A stretch of 64,000 bases of DNA from a virus. Taxonomy: Duplodnaviria; Caudoviricetes. Each line of letters begins with the position of its first letter. Position 1 is the stretch's first letter. The DNA lies in IMG/VR virus record IMGVR_UViG_3300021387_001774, positions 32,001-96,000 of that record. One strand, written 5' to 3'. The notes under the pieces are model-generated. The model saw only the letters and a program-made list of their open reading frames with translations, had not been told where the DNA came from and did no database searches. Below are positions 53,601 to 62,743 of this stretch, piece after piece. Made by a program: the position numbers and the translations under genes.

Positions 53601-56600
53601 GTAGGATGTATATAATAATCAACTCCTTTCTGAGGTCCTTCTGCTTTTTCTTCTGGAGTTAATGGAGTATAAGTATCTGTAACTTTAAAATCACCGTTCT
53701 CTTTTTCAGCTTTAACATATTCTACACCAGAATCCTCTATACGTTTATGGAAATATGTTTTCTGATATCCAAATGTATTATCATTCTTGAAATGATACAA
53801 TAATCTGTAAGGTACATAATAATCCTTAGTAATATCAAACGCATAAAGTGTTTCACCACCAATACCAGCATCAGCATATGGAATACCAGTATCAGGATCT
53901 GGTTGATCTAGTTTTATATAATAACCTACACCATCTACAGGATTTGGAGTTTCGTCTTTATTTATTTTCACAAATTCGAAACCAAGATTAAAATCATCAT
54001 CTGCACATGGAGTGTATGTATTAGCTATTGTATAGAAGTTATTTATATCATCGATTACTGTTGTACCTTCTCTATAATAATCAACCAATACATAGTTAGT
54101 TCCTTCAGCATTAGCTGCATAGAGAGGTTTACCTTCTCTTTCTTCTACAGGAACCGAAGAAAATTCAACAAGATCACCAATAAAGTATTCAGAAGGAACA
54201 AAAGTACGAGAATCATAACCTACAGTTTTAGCTTCAGGTTCAATATGATCGTAGTATTCTTTATCTGGAAGTTCTTTTGCTACATAATATTCTACACCAT
54301 CTTGAATACCTTGAGCTTTAGTTTCAGAATCGATCTGATTATACTTTGGTGTAAGTACAAAGTCATCAGGATTATCTACACTGGCTTTAACCATTTCCTT
54401 TCTTGTTTCTGAACCACCACCTTCTACTAATTTATAGATTTCTTCCTTTTCTACTTTGAAAGTCTGTGGATTGACTTCATATAATCCAAATCCTTCTTGG
54501 AAATCAGCTATATCTATTGTAGAATCTAATAATTCGCTAGTTTCAATTAATATATAATCACCGGAGTCATTATCATAGGAAGCATATTGTTTATTTGGAT
54601 CAATTACATCTAACGTCAAAGGATATGGTCCAAGTTCAGTAAAACTAATAGGATTTTTCAATTCTTCATCAGTATATGGTTCATATTCTGTATCAGAAAC
54701 TTTCTTATAGTATACGACATCACTCCGTGGTCCATTATCATACTCTTCTTGAGAAAGGTTTTCATAAACATCAAAGTTTTCAACAACCTCTTTTTCAAGA
54801 TAGTATTCAATATCAGGATTATATCCTTCAATCATTTCTGAACCATCTACTTTATCATAATAAGCTTCTGATTTAGTAATTTCTTCGGAAGTAACACTAT
54901 TATTTTGAATAACAAGAAGATTTCCTGCACCAAGAATTTCATTACAATCTTCAGAGCGCATTTGATTAATGATATTGAAGTTCTCATCCAGTTTGAAAAT
55001 ATAATCTTGATTTGTAGCAAAATAGTAATAACCATTTACATACACAAGATTTCTAATTTCATTATCTGGATTATTAGGAATAAAGAATAACTTACCATTA
55101 GCAACCTTTAAGAAGCAATTAATCTTAGGAAGTTCTTCTTCAACATGTACAAGCTTATGAATCTTAGAAGGATCCATCATAAATCCTTCAGTAGCTACAG
55201 CAAGTGTATAATCCAAATACTTACCATCATTAGCAAACTCTACATATCCATAATTCATATCAGGATTGTATACACCATGTTTATCGATATTATTGAATGA
55301 TGTTACTTTACCTATAAACCATGAACCAATTACACCAAATGTAGTACCAATACATCCATAATAATCGATATTAGGATCAGGACCATTCATCTTTTCTTCT
55401 ACTGAACACAAGTGTAATGACTTTATACTTGGATAGAAATATTTAGTTCCTTCTACATAACCTGCAGCCAATTCTTCAGGAGTTAATAATACATATTTAT
55501 CTACAATTCCAGTACTATCAGAATTATCATTTACGAGATTAGAAAGCTTACTCATATAATATGATTTATATGTAGTATTACGATTATTTATGACTTTTGT
55601 CGTTGTATATTCTACAGGATGTACTGTATTTGTATTTAAATCATAATAATAGTTTCCACCTTCATAAACTGTAAAGTAAATCTTATTCTCAAAAATAAGT
55701 GCATCGGAGATATCATAATCTTTCATAGCACTTACAATTTTGAAATTAGCAAACTTCATTGATGGATCATTAGGATTGTCTGTATACAACATCTTATGAC
55801 CATATCTAAAGAAGTAATACCTATTCTCTATAGGATTATGAAGTACTTTGAATTCTTCTTGGAAATTACGTTTATTTGTATAATCGAGAGCTCTTTCTAC
55901 CTTAGTAAGTTCATTATCAAGAGCAGGATTATCATATGTAAAATACTTATTGTCTTGGAAAATAACTTTAAGGGTATTAAAGTTTCCTCCATTAGTCATA
56001 GCAACACTTTCTCCATAAGAAATCTTACCATTATCCAAATTAGTAGAGAAATCTTTACGAATAGCTATAACATTTGTCTTATCAAATGTTTCAAATAATT
56101 TACACCAAGAACCACCAACTACACCAGTTCTCTCTACAACAAATGATTGTGTATTCATTTTACATACACCAACATCCGTCGCAAGATACACAATTTTACC
56201 GTTTACTATAGCATCATAACAAACATTAAAGAGATTATTCTGATTAATCTTTTCAGTAAATGAATCACCAGAAAGTTTATCTCTAGAATTAAATCTATAG
56301 ATACCATCTGATTTTAAAATCAAGATATCATAATCTGTGACTTTAACTACTTTATAAATAATAGAATTGTGTTCTACTATTGGAGTAAGCAGAATATCTG
56401 CATCTTGTGTATAAGAGTTATCGTTTATATCAGTAAATGATTCATCGTTAGTGAATGTATTTTCTACAGTTTCACTAGATATTTCAGTACCGTATTTAAA
56501 CTGAGAAGGTACAACTTTTGATTTAGAGAATGAATTCTCTACAGCAAACATATTTTCATTCTTAGCCATAAGACTAAGATCACCAACGAATGAAGGATCA

Positions 56601-57916
56601 GAAATATCAACAACAGTTTCACCCTTAGTATACTTAACAGGATCACCATTATCATACTTCTTATTAAGTTTTACACCTTCAAGGTAATTCTTCTTAACTT
56701 CTGTATCAGTATTAGAAATAATAAATCCAGATACAATATCCATAAGTTCATTCATTTTGACTTCATCAGGATTGTATATAGATTGCACATACTTTTCTTC
56801 ACCGATATTAGAAATTTCAGAATAAAACTGTTTTTCTTTTGAATCAGTTTCAAAATCCTTAAGTTCATCAGATCTAGCATTAAGAATAGAATTAGTTTCT
56901 GTTTTCTCAGAAGTCTTCTGATTTATATCATAAATATTATCGTCAGCATGCTCAAAATAAGCAACATCCTTATTATCATGATACATGAGACCTCTAGCAA
57001 ATTCAGAAATACCTTTCTTAACTTCATGATCATTGAATTTCTTAGAACTTGTTAAGAAGTAACCTTCTCTACCAGATTCTGTATTAGAAGGAATATTTGT
57101 CTTTACTTTAATATAGACATTGCCATTCTTTATATCACTTCTAGAAAGAAGCGTATTAAGAATCATATCGAAGTCATAAGTATTTATATCGAATTCTTTT
57201 CTATTGTTATATGTCTCTGAAAGAACTTTAAGATTAAATGGAGATTCTTTTGATTGATATTTAACGATAATGTTATAACCAAAATCACCATTCTTACCAA
57301 GAGATAACCATGTAATACCTTTAGAAGTATACAAGAAGATATCGAGAATAAGATTAGAGTTTATATAATCTTCGTTAGTAAAACCTTCATAAGTATTTAC
57401 TTTAGTAATATGAAGAATGTTATCCAGTTCAGTTATAAGTGATTTATCAGAAATCTTTCCACCAAACCATCTTATACCTAACTCAGAAGCAAGCATATTA
57501 ATACTTCTATCCCAATCTTCTACCGCATTAGTATCTACTTTATTAGAAATAACATTATCCGTTACACAACTATGATTAAAGAGATTTGATTCATAAGGTG
57601 TAACGAATGTAGTAATCTTATTCTGGAAATTCTCTATAGCATCATTAAGACGTTCAGTAATATGAGAATCTACATCAATTTTAAAATGATCTAATACATA
57701 TTTAAAATGCTTAGTACGTTCATAAATAGTCAAAAGATTAACTTTCATTGCATTACGAGTATCAGTAATCTTTTGAAAGTTAGAATCGATCAATTCAGAG
57801 AGTTTATTAAAATATTCTATTAACTCATTAAGTGTCGTCAATACATTATTTCTTGACGCTAACTTGGTTAATGGGGCTCTATAGAACTCTCCTTTAAGTT
57901 TATCATTAATAACCAT
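50696..57916 (-). CDS. Giant (2406 aa) acidic repeat-containing virion protein, putative tail fibre
   Basis: Repeats YxxLTxEExxxGPxxGVxYY and YxxCxDxDF; N-terminal coiled coil; late-type promoter at 57957-57968. Confidence 0.55.
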   Translation of the reverse strand: MVINDKLKGEFYRAPLTKLASRNNVLTTLNELIEYFNKLSELIDSNFQKITDTRNAMKVNLLTIYERTKHFKYVLDHFKIDVDSHITERLNDAIENFQNKITTFVTPYESNLFNHSCVTDNVISNKVDTNAVEDWDRSINMLASELGIRWFGGKISDKSLITELDNILHITKVNTYEGFTNEDYINSNLILDIFLYTSKGITWLSLGKNGDFGYNIIVKYQSKESPFNLKVLSETYNNRKEFDINTYDFDMILNTLLSRSDIKNGNVYIKVKTNIPSNTESGREGYFLTSSKKFNDHEVKKGISEFARGLMYHDNKDVAYFEHADDNIYDINQKTSEKTETNSILNARSDELKDFETDSKEKQFYSEISNIGEEKYVQSIYNPDEVKMNELMDIVSGFIISNTDTEVKKNYLEGVKLNKKYDNGDPVKYTKGETVVDISDPSFVGDLSLMAKNENMFAVENSFSKSKVVPSQFKYGTEISSETVENTFTNDESFTDINDNSYTQDADILLTPIVEHNSIIYKVVKVTDYDILILKSDGIYRFNSRDKLSGDSFTEKINQNNLFNVCYDAIVNGKIVYLATDVGVCKMNTQSFVVERTGVVGGSWCKLFETFDKTNVIAIRKDFSTNLDNGKISYGESVAMTNGGNFNTLKVIFQDNKYFTYDNPALDNELTKVERALDYTNKRNFQEEFKVLHNPIENRYYFFRYGHKMLYTDNPNDPSMKFANFKIVSAMKDYDISDALIFENKIYFTVYEGGNYYYDLNTNTVHPVEYTTTKVINNRNTTYKSYYMSKLSNLVNDNSDSTGIVDKYVLLTPEELAAGYVEGTKYFYPSIKSLHLCSVEEKMNGPDPNIDYYGCIGTTFGVIGSWFIGKVTSFNNIDKHGVYNPDMNYGYVEFANDGKYLDYTLAVATEGFMMDPSKIHKLVHVEEELPKINCFLKVANGKLFFIPNNPDNEIRNLVYVNGYYYFATNQDYIFKLDENFNIINQMRSEDCNEILGAGNLLVIQNNSVTSEEITKSEAYYDKVDGSEMIEGYNPDIEYYLEKEVVENFDVYENLSQEEYDNGPRSDVVYYKKVSDTEYEPYTDEELKNPISFTELGPYPLTLDVIDPNKQYASYDNDSGDYILIETSELLDSTIDIADFQEGFGLYEVNPQTFKVEKEEIYKLVEGGGSETRKEMVKASVDNPDDFVLTPKYNQIDSETKAQGIQDGVEYYVAKELPDKEYYDHIEPEAKTVGYDSRTFVPSEYFIGDLVEFSSVPVEEREGKPLYAANAEGTNYVLVDYYREGTTVIDDINNFYTIANTYTPCADDDFNLGFEFVKINKDETPNPVDGVGYYIKLDQPDPDTGIPYADAGIGGETLYAFDITKDYYVPYRLLYHFKNDNTFGYQKTYFHKRIEDSGVEYVKAEKENGDFKVTDTYTPLTPEEKAEGPQKGVDYYIHPTVMKDVFNKLLDKSSGKQPGVEYYKMNGTPTESYVPLTQEEINNGPQEGDVYYIFDGGIWIEKPYDSLEDGTDNNKIFSDGYTYNKKVYDYSGVEYVLCTDEDFINTLYTQVNIDEATVTPDTVGNFYIHRQNRYEQADEDDFDKTNIRFSETADTTPNIDKINNGKYFVCYGDTSNNDDYTAISLKDLVDDPDAHLIVTEYESNVFDYYTTDENDDEILASTDNGYLLNPEPGVITFVEGKEYYLKKNFDPSITYYESTYDLAFRTIDSWIGAYYTQNPDGKENDFKPDMDYYTKSQVGEINTNEYVKATFGSKLIHTLVSGDSLCSGRDIYSGKTYTYLKTKTETGMNMYRFEEGVDEPVLLFSVNVGGDSELEYSNGKLFVFDDGLIIDYLKNEDQTWAPITLIPNNEDTVHEVYMFGDNVFFSNQITKDGPDKNKFQIYYYDYSTRDLKKCTDIAPSINSPTFDDNYNKKYSNIDSDTTIISIDYTETEAPHQKTEVYMFNKKFNKIEGTLNQYTSTYRYSGFKGISDPDVIDCTEKDFIKINGFDDPTVFDYKDLIETKDGINTGCLILHCITTNTQDYTMSGKSIFYTLNNSNQLIMLPKEYSDSLPDSIIFAYKDEINRCFLAYKNSENNINFVYYDSPNENDTIDTPKLQKFYSFNINSDNPTADDQDPSIPMHELTYGFSRYVGKYTINNNDYIRFVIKYDIMETDPSSQLMSSTGSRFAIFNLNISGSLANDRSVLKYGVNNFDEDGKISNLFKYVDIEDNYIDASIDDNTHKIYDYDYKLNNFDKPILSIDKTLHERNYYLMLVKENDNKIQVYKNENGIITPTGNYIEPIEGVLEFTDSTYFEITSTNGTLEDFVILVDEEYMIKLGGEFDPDKDYFLKETTYDFFSDIPYFLKSMMVNFKLELEYFTKRIRTIIQDVISHARSYTSTDKTSKLFHKSLIKIKDNSLKVLMNVLTK

Positions 57917-57990
57917 AAAATACTCCTTATGGATAATATTTAAATGAATTTACGTATATTATCTTGTCATTTTTATTAATGTTTATGTAT

Positions 57991-58152
57991 TTTATAACTA
58001 CTGTTAAACCTGACCTCTTAATTATATATTATATTAATGAAGTAGGTCGTATGACTGAAACATAATAATTATAAGAGGGATAATAAGAGAAATAAAACCC
58101 CACCTCAGAGAAGAGGTCTACCGAAAGGAGATATAAACACAAGGGAAGAACT
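57991..58152 (+). promoter_or_regulatory. Early promoter plus long structured leader, type 1 (copy B)
   Basis: Homologous to 41438-41603, with a covarying first hairpin. Confidence 0.8.
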
Positions 58153-58452
58153 ATGGAAAAAACATATTCGATAATGCCGAATGGTATTAAAATACAGGAT
58201 GACCTGTTACCCATGTTATCATGGAGCAGGTGCTCCGGTGATGCCGGTTATAACGGCAGGTCATGGGACGGTTCAGAATCATGGACCGTCCTGGTTGAAG
58301 CACAATGCGGTGAAAACCGCATTGTAGCTTTGGGATATGAATCCCGAGATCCTGATGGAAATTGGGATGTCGGCGTATATCCCGACCACGGCATCTTCGT
58401 AGGTGAAGATGCCTACGAAGATGCCTGTGCTTGCTGGAGGTTCGATTGGTAA
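58153..58452 (+). CDS. GC-rich hypothetical cargo protein of type-1 cassette B
   Basis: 99 aa; 33/60 G+C in 58201-58260 against a strongly AT-rich background. Confidence 0.7.
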   Translation: MEKTYSIMPNGIKIQDDLLPMLSWSRCSGDAGYNGRSWDGSESWTVLVEAQCGENRIVALGYESRDPDGNWDVGVYPDHGIFVGEDAYEDACACWRFDW

Positions 58453-58461
58453 GCATAGGTT

Positions 58462-58519
58462 AAAACAGTAAAACTCCATAAGGAGTTTTCTGTACCGGAT
58501 TGCTACGGTTTCTTTTTTT
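58462..58519 (+). terminator. Conserved 3' double-hairpin terminator (copy B)
   Basis: acagtaaaactcc-ataa-ggagttttctgt + accg..cggt + T-run. Confidence 0.7.
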
Positions 58520-58614
58520 AATTATATATTATATTAATGAAGTACGTTATACTTATTATTAATATTAATTGAAGTAGAGATGATACTACTATAAACATAA
58601 GGGAGAAAAGAAAT
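58519..58614 (+). promoter_or_regulatory. Early promoter plus leader, type 2
   Basis: As at 50047 and 16112. Confidence 0.75.
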
Positions 58615-59439
58615 ATGAGCAACGTTTGTGACTGTTGTAAAAAAGGAAAACCTTGGATTACAATTAAAGAATACCAAGGAGAATGTAGAGGTTCTACAGA
58701 AGTACATTTATGTAGCGATTGCTATAAAAATACTCCACAAATAGAATCAGAAAAGTATAATGATCCTGAAATGAATTATCCTAGAGATGATTCAATTTAT
58801 TCTTGTGATTATGAAAAATGGAGGTCAAGTATGATTATTCTCACATCGATTAAACGTTTACGTGGTGAAAAACCAAACAGACGTAAACCAACTACTAAAC
58901 CAAACTATAGAGAGTTTGAAGTTTTCCTTGACAAAATTGTATCCTATGCTATACAGAGTTTGAATCATTTTAGAACAAATGATTATCTCGAAGATCTAGG
59001 TTTTGGTAGATATAGATATTCGACAAAATTTCAATATGTATATACCGCTTATAATAAAAAGCCTGGAGAAAAAATTCACAGTTTAACATACCGCAATTTG
59101 TTTGCAGCATTGTATGAATCATTAGAAGGCTACGAAACTGAATATAAATTTCTTGAGTATGATAAAGATGATCCATTTAGTGATGCACGTTATTCTTCTG
59201 GTAATCGACTTGAAGAAATTGTTAAGACTATCGAAACCATTTATAAAGATTTACGAGACAAAGAATTGATTGATCCAATATTTGTATTAAATAAAAGATT
59301 TGGATTAAAAAATATTTGCTCTAATATTTTGAATAAATACGGTTTTTACAATATCGGTATAGTTAAACATGAAGACTTAACAATGGATATAATCTTCTAT
59401 TGTAAGTACGATGAACTCAAAAAAGTTTGGGAAAAGTAA
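58615..59439 (+). CDS. Early protein with N-terminal Zn-finger-like CxxC..CxxC; C-terminus related to the 10671/11201 paralogs
   Basis: CDCC...CSDC; ends KYG....YDELKKVWEK versus RYG....YDELNAVWGKK. Confidence 0.65.
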   Translation: MSNVCDCCKKGKPWITIKEYQGECRGSTEVHLCSDCYKNTPQIESEKYNDPEMNYPRDDSIYSCDYEKWRSSMIILTSIKRLRGEKPNRRKPTTKPNYREFEVFLDKIVSYAIQSLNHFRTNDYLEDLGFGRYRYSTKFQYVYTAYNKKPGEKIHSLTYRNLFAALYESLEGYETEYKFLEYDKDDPFSDARYSSGNRLEEIVKTIETIYKDLRDKELIDPIFVLNKRFGLKNICSNILNKYGFYNIGIVKHEDLTMDIIFYCKYDELKKVWEK

Positions 59440-59440
59440 A

Positions 59441-59477
59441 ATCCTGGGAGTCATATGACTCCCAGGTTTATTTTTTT
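59441..59477. terminator. Terminator
   Basis: cctgggagtc-atat-gactcccagg plus T-run. Confidence 0.8.
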
Positions 59478-60628
59478 TATTTTCCGTTTACGTAAACTTT
59501 TTCAGGTGCATTAATAGGATCTTCATAAGAATTATCCTTATTAAATGTCTTAATTTCATTAACCATAGGCTCAACAATAGATCCATCAACAGGACTGTAA
59601 AGTTGTGCAGGTGGCAATCTTTCAGACGTAACACCGTATGATTTGAGAGCTTCTGTACGAGCATCTTTGATTGATTGATCATAAATGTATTCGTTTGCAG
59701 CAGCCATCTTTGCATTCTGGCTGATTTCGATACCCTTAATAGTCTCTTTATCAGCATTCTGCAATTTCATCATAAAGTTTTCATACATGTAAGCAGGAAG
59801 CATCTGATCGAAGTAAGACTGACCAGCAAGACCTGTACCAGCAACAATGTACTTAGCAAGAATATTTACCTCAGGACCATCCTGGAAAATACCAGTAAAG
59901 TCGACCTGCTTATCAGAGATAGCAGTATCGGAACCAATTTCCTGAGATTCCCACTGAGAAGTACCATCACCAGATGTCGGCCATACTTCGTGCCAAATAC
60001 ATGCGTATTCGATATCTCCAGGACGACAAGTTGGTCCCATGAAGATATACATCAATGTACCACAGTAATTAGGACGAATAAATCTAAGATCACGTCCATA
60101 CATGTGGTGAATACCTGTAATTGGGTCAGTAATACCGTACATCCAATATCTCATCAACTTACCAAGACCATCACCAGTACATGTAACTGTACTCAATGAA
60201 ACAGTCTGGTTGTTCTGCTTGAGGTTACCTGGGAATGACATCGTTTGACCGTTTGCACCAAACGTGATGTCACCAGCAGCTGCAATTGTATTATCCTGAA
60301 GACCAGAAACACTCTTAACAGCATTCTCAAGGAAGAATTTAAGATATTTTACAGCAGTTTTATTAAAGAATGTTGGAACTTTGAGCCATTTAACGATAAA
60401 TCTACCAGCACGGATAGGTTCAAGAGCACCGATGTAATTCGGGTCGTTGGAACGAACACCATTCTGAGATAACAGGTTATCAAATACAGAAGATGCCATA
60501 CCAACGGTGGTGTTATCCCAACCGAAATCATCATGGTGCATACCATTGATACCACCAATACCGTAGTCACCTTTTTTACCTCTCAAGTTTCCACGTAACA
60601 TTCCATCCATTATTTCAGCATCAGCCAT
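59477..60628 (-). CDS. Putative tail tube protein
   Basis: Directly downstream of the sheath; YWMYGITDPITG...Y.GTLMYI..P....IEYACIW..VWPT resembles AR9/PBS1-type tube proteins; high-expression codon usage. Confidence 0.65.
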   Translation of the reverse strand: MADAEIMDGMLRGNLRGKKGDYGIGGINGMHHDDFGWDNTTVGMASSVFDNLLSQNGVRSNDPNYIGALEPIRAGRFIVKWLKVPTFFNKTAVKYLKFFLENAVKSVSGLQDNTIAAAGDITFGANGQTMSFPGNLKQNNQTVSLSTVTCTGDGLGKLMRYWMYGITDPITGIHHMYGRDLRFIRPNYCGTLMYIFMGPTCRPGDIEYACIWHEVWPTSGDGTSQWESQEIGSDTAISDKQVDFTGIFQDGPEVNILAKYIVAGTGLAGQSYFDQMLPAYMYENFMMKLQNADKETIKGIEISQNAKMAAANEYIYDQSIKDARTEALKSYGVTSERLPPAQLYSPVDGSIVEPMVNEIKTFNKDNSYEDPINAPEKVYVNGK

Positions 60629-60643
60629 CTATTTCCTCCTATA

Positions 60644-62743
60644 TTAGCCTTGTCTGTCAGCAATAATCTTGACATTCCATGTCTCGAAGATATCTGGGAA
60701 CAAGACGGAAAGTTCACAAGTGGCCAAATTCAACAACTTATCACGATCTGTTTGATACAGATTGTAATTGATAATAATGTTATTTGGATACCTTGAAGAA
60801 AGAGTTCTTGTCAATTCAGCAGTTGCGTTAGCAATAGCTGTATCGGCACCCTTAGTATCAAATGTATACTTAACGAGAATAAGTTTTACAATACGACGAA
60901 GGTCATTTACTAAGATACCATTTCTGAACTCTGCGAGTTTAGAAATACGTTCTGTGTAAAGAGAAGAGTTACTATAGAAGTAAACATTCTTTCCAGTAAA
61001 GTTACCCTGAACAGGAGCACCAAGAGCCTTACCAAGATCAACAGCCCAATAAAGGTTATTTTGCTTAGCAAGTTTTTCCTGATATCCACGAGGCTTGGAT
61101 TCCTCTACTACCCAGTCGAAAATAGTCTTTCTTACACAACCCGGATCACCATTCTGCTGTGAAGCATAGATAGAGAACGGAGCTGTATTATAAAGTCTAG
61201 TAAGACCATATGCGAATTCGTATGTACCAGTAACTCTAACATTAGTTACTCTGTCTGCAGTAATACCACAGTGAGGAACAATAGCAAAGTTTTCACCACC
61301 GTCCATAGATTCAGCAAATGATCTAATCTGCTTAGCTACAGCGACAGCCTGTTCCAAATTTTCTGGGAAACCACAGTCAAATACACAACACATATCACGA
61401 CGATAGTTAATCATATTAGCCATCGCACGTTTTACATCCATATCATAATTTGCGTCGTATACGATACCAGCTGTACACTTAAGTACATCCATGAATGTAC
61501 CAGTATCAACATCACCAGCAAAGAACTTCTTCAAGAGACGATTTCTTTCAGCATGGAGATCTTCACCTGTAAGAGTATCAAGATCACCATCAGAACCACC
61601 CTGAAGGAAGTGATAGTTATTAAGATCCATAGAAGAATCTGCAATAACTACGTTATCAAAAAGGATACCCTCTTTACTTACACCATTGATGAAGTCGAAA
61701 TCATCAATGCTTGTAGGCCTAGACATTTCATAATCGGGGTCGATACCTTCTGTGATAATTGGTTCCTGTGAAAGAATTGCATTAATTTCATTCTTGAGAA
61801 CTTCATAGTTTTCAACATATGGTTCAATAGCAATTTGTTTTTCTCTTGGACCATCGAAGTTCTGATATATTTTCTGGAGAGATTCTGATGCAGTAATTGT
61901 TTTAGAAACAGTTGCATCAGGGTTGAAAGAGAATGAAAGTCCATTACCGTCAGAAAGAATATCTACACCAGATGTAGACTTCTTTACAAGGAACAACTGG
62001 TAACGACGACCATCACCTACTTTAGCATCTCTCAGCAAGTCATTTATAATTCTAATACCATAGTTCGTACCAGATTTACCAACAGAGTAGTAATTAGCGA
62101 AGAACAATGGGACCATCTTGAAACCTTCATCATCCGTAAGGATTGTTGAGAATTTCTGTTTGATCTGATTAATTGAAGAAAGTCTATTCATTTCATCTTC
62201 GGTAGCTGAAACGAATGCAACTTTAATTGCGATACCTGTTGTCGTAGCAGGTACAACTTCTTCTACATCGATTGTTTCTTCTTGTTGAGTATCTGGATTA
62301 ATCTGGGTCTGTTGAACAGTTCTTGTAACTGTTAATGGTATTTTATCACCATTCTCATCAAGAGCATATTCGCCGTATCCATCTCGTTTATACAACGGAA
62401 TATCTGTAACAGCCTTTACACCTACTTTAAGAGCAAGATGTGCTACTTTAGCATTTTCTGGTAAAAGGCGGCAGAGATAACAAGTTCCACCAGCATCAAA
62501 TACTTGGTTAACATTAAGGTTCTGTTGACCATAAGCATTAATATTTGCAAAGTCAGATCCGAACTCATTCAATACTTGATTGAATGAACTAACTTCAATA
62601 ATCTTGTTTGCTTTACCGTCTGAAGCAAAGACAGGATGGATTGAAGAAAGGATACCTAAAGAACTTGTGGAAGAAACGGTACGTATAGAGTTGTCTTGTA
62701 AGACAATGCTGCTAATACCGAAACCACTATCTTCTATTGCCAT
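60644..62743 (-). CDS. Putative contractile tail sheath protein (start revised to 62743)
   Basis: About 700 aa; FG..N...YGQ, CYLCRLLPENA, LQGGSDG, DANYDMDVK..M...R.D...VFDCG sheath-like motifs; AGGAGG RBS. Confidence 0.75.
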   Translation of the reverse strand: MAIEDSGFGISSIVLQDNSIRTVSSTSSLGILSSIHPVFASDGKANKIIEVSSFNQVLNEFGSDFANINAYGQQNLNVNQVFDAGGTCYLCRLLPENAKVAHLALKVGVKAVTDIPLYKRDGYGEYALDENGDKIPLTVTRTVQQTQINPDTQQEETIDVEEVVPATTTGIAIKVAFVSATEDEMNRLSSINQIKQKFSTILTDDEGFKMVPLFFANYYSVGKSGTNYGIRIINDLLRDAKVGDGRRYQLFLVKKSTSGVDILSDGNGLSFSFNPDATVSKTITASESLQKIYQNFDGPREKQIAIEPYVENYEVLKNEINAILSQEPIITEGIDPDYEMSRPTSIDDFDFINGVSKEGILFDNVVIADSSMDLNNYHFLQGGSDGDLDTLTGEDLHAERNRLLKKFFAGDVDTGTFMDVLKCTAGIVYDANYDMDVKRAMANMINYRRDMCCVFDCGFPENLEQAVAVAKQIRSFAESMDGGENFAIVPHCGITADRVTNVRVTGTYEFAYGLTRLYNTAPFSIYASQQNGDPGCVRKTIFDWVVEESKPRGYQEKLAKQNNLYWAVDLGKALGAPVQGNFTGKNVYFYSNSSLYTERISKLAEFRNGILVNDLRRIVKLILVKYTFDTKGADTAIANATAELTRTLSSRYPNNIIINYNLYQTDRDKLLNLATCELSVLFPDIFETWNVKIIADRQG

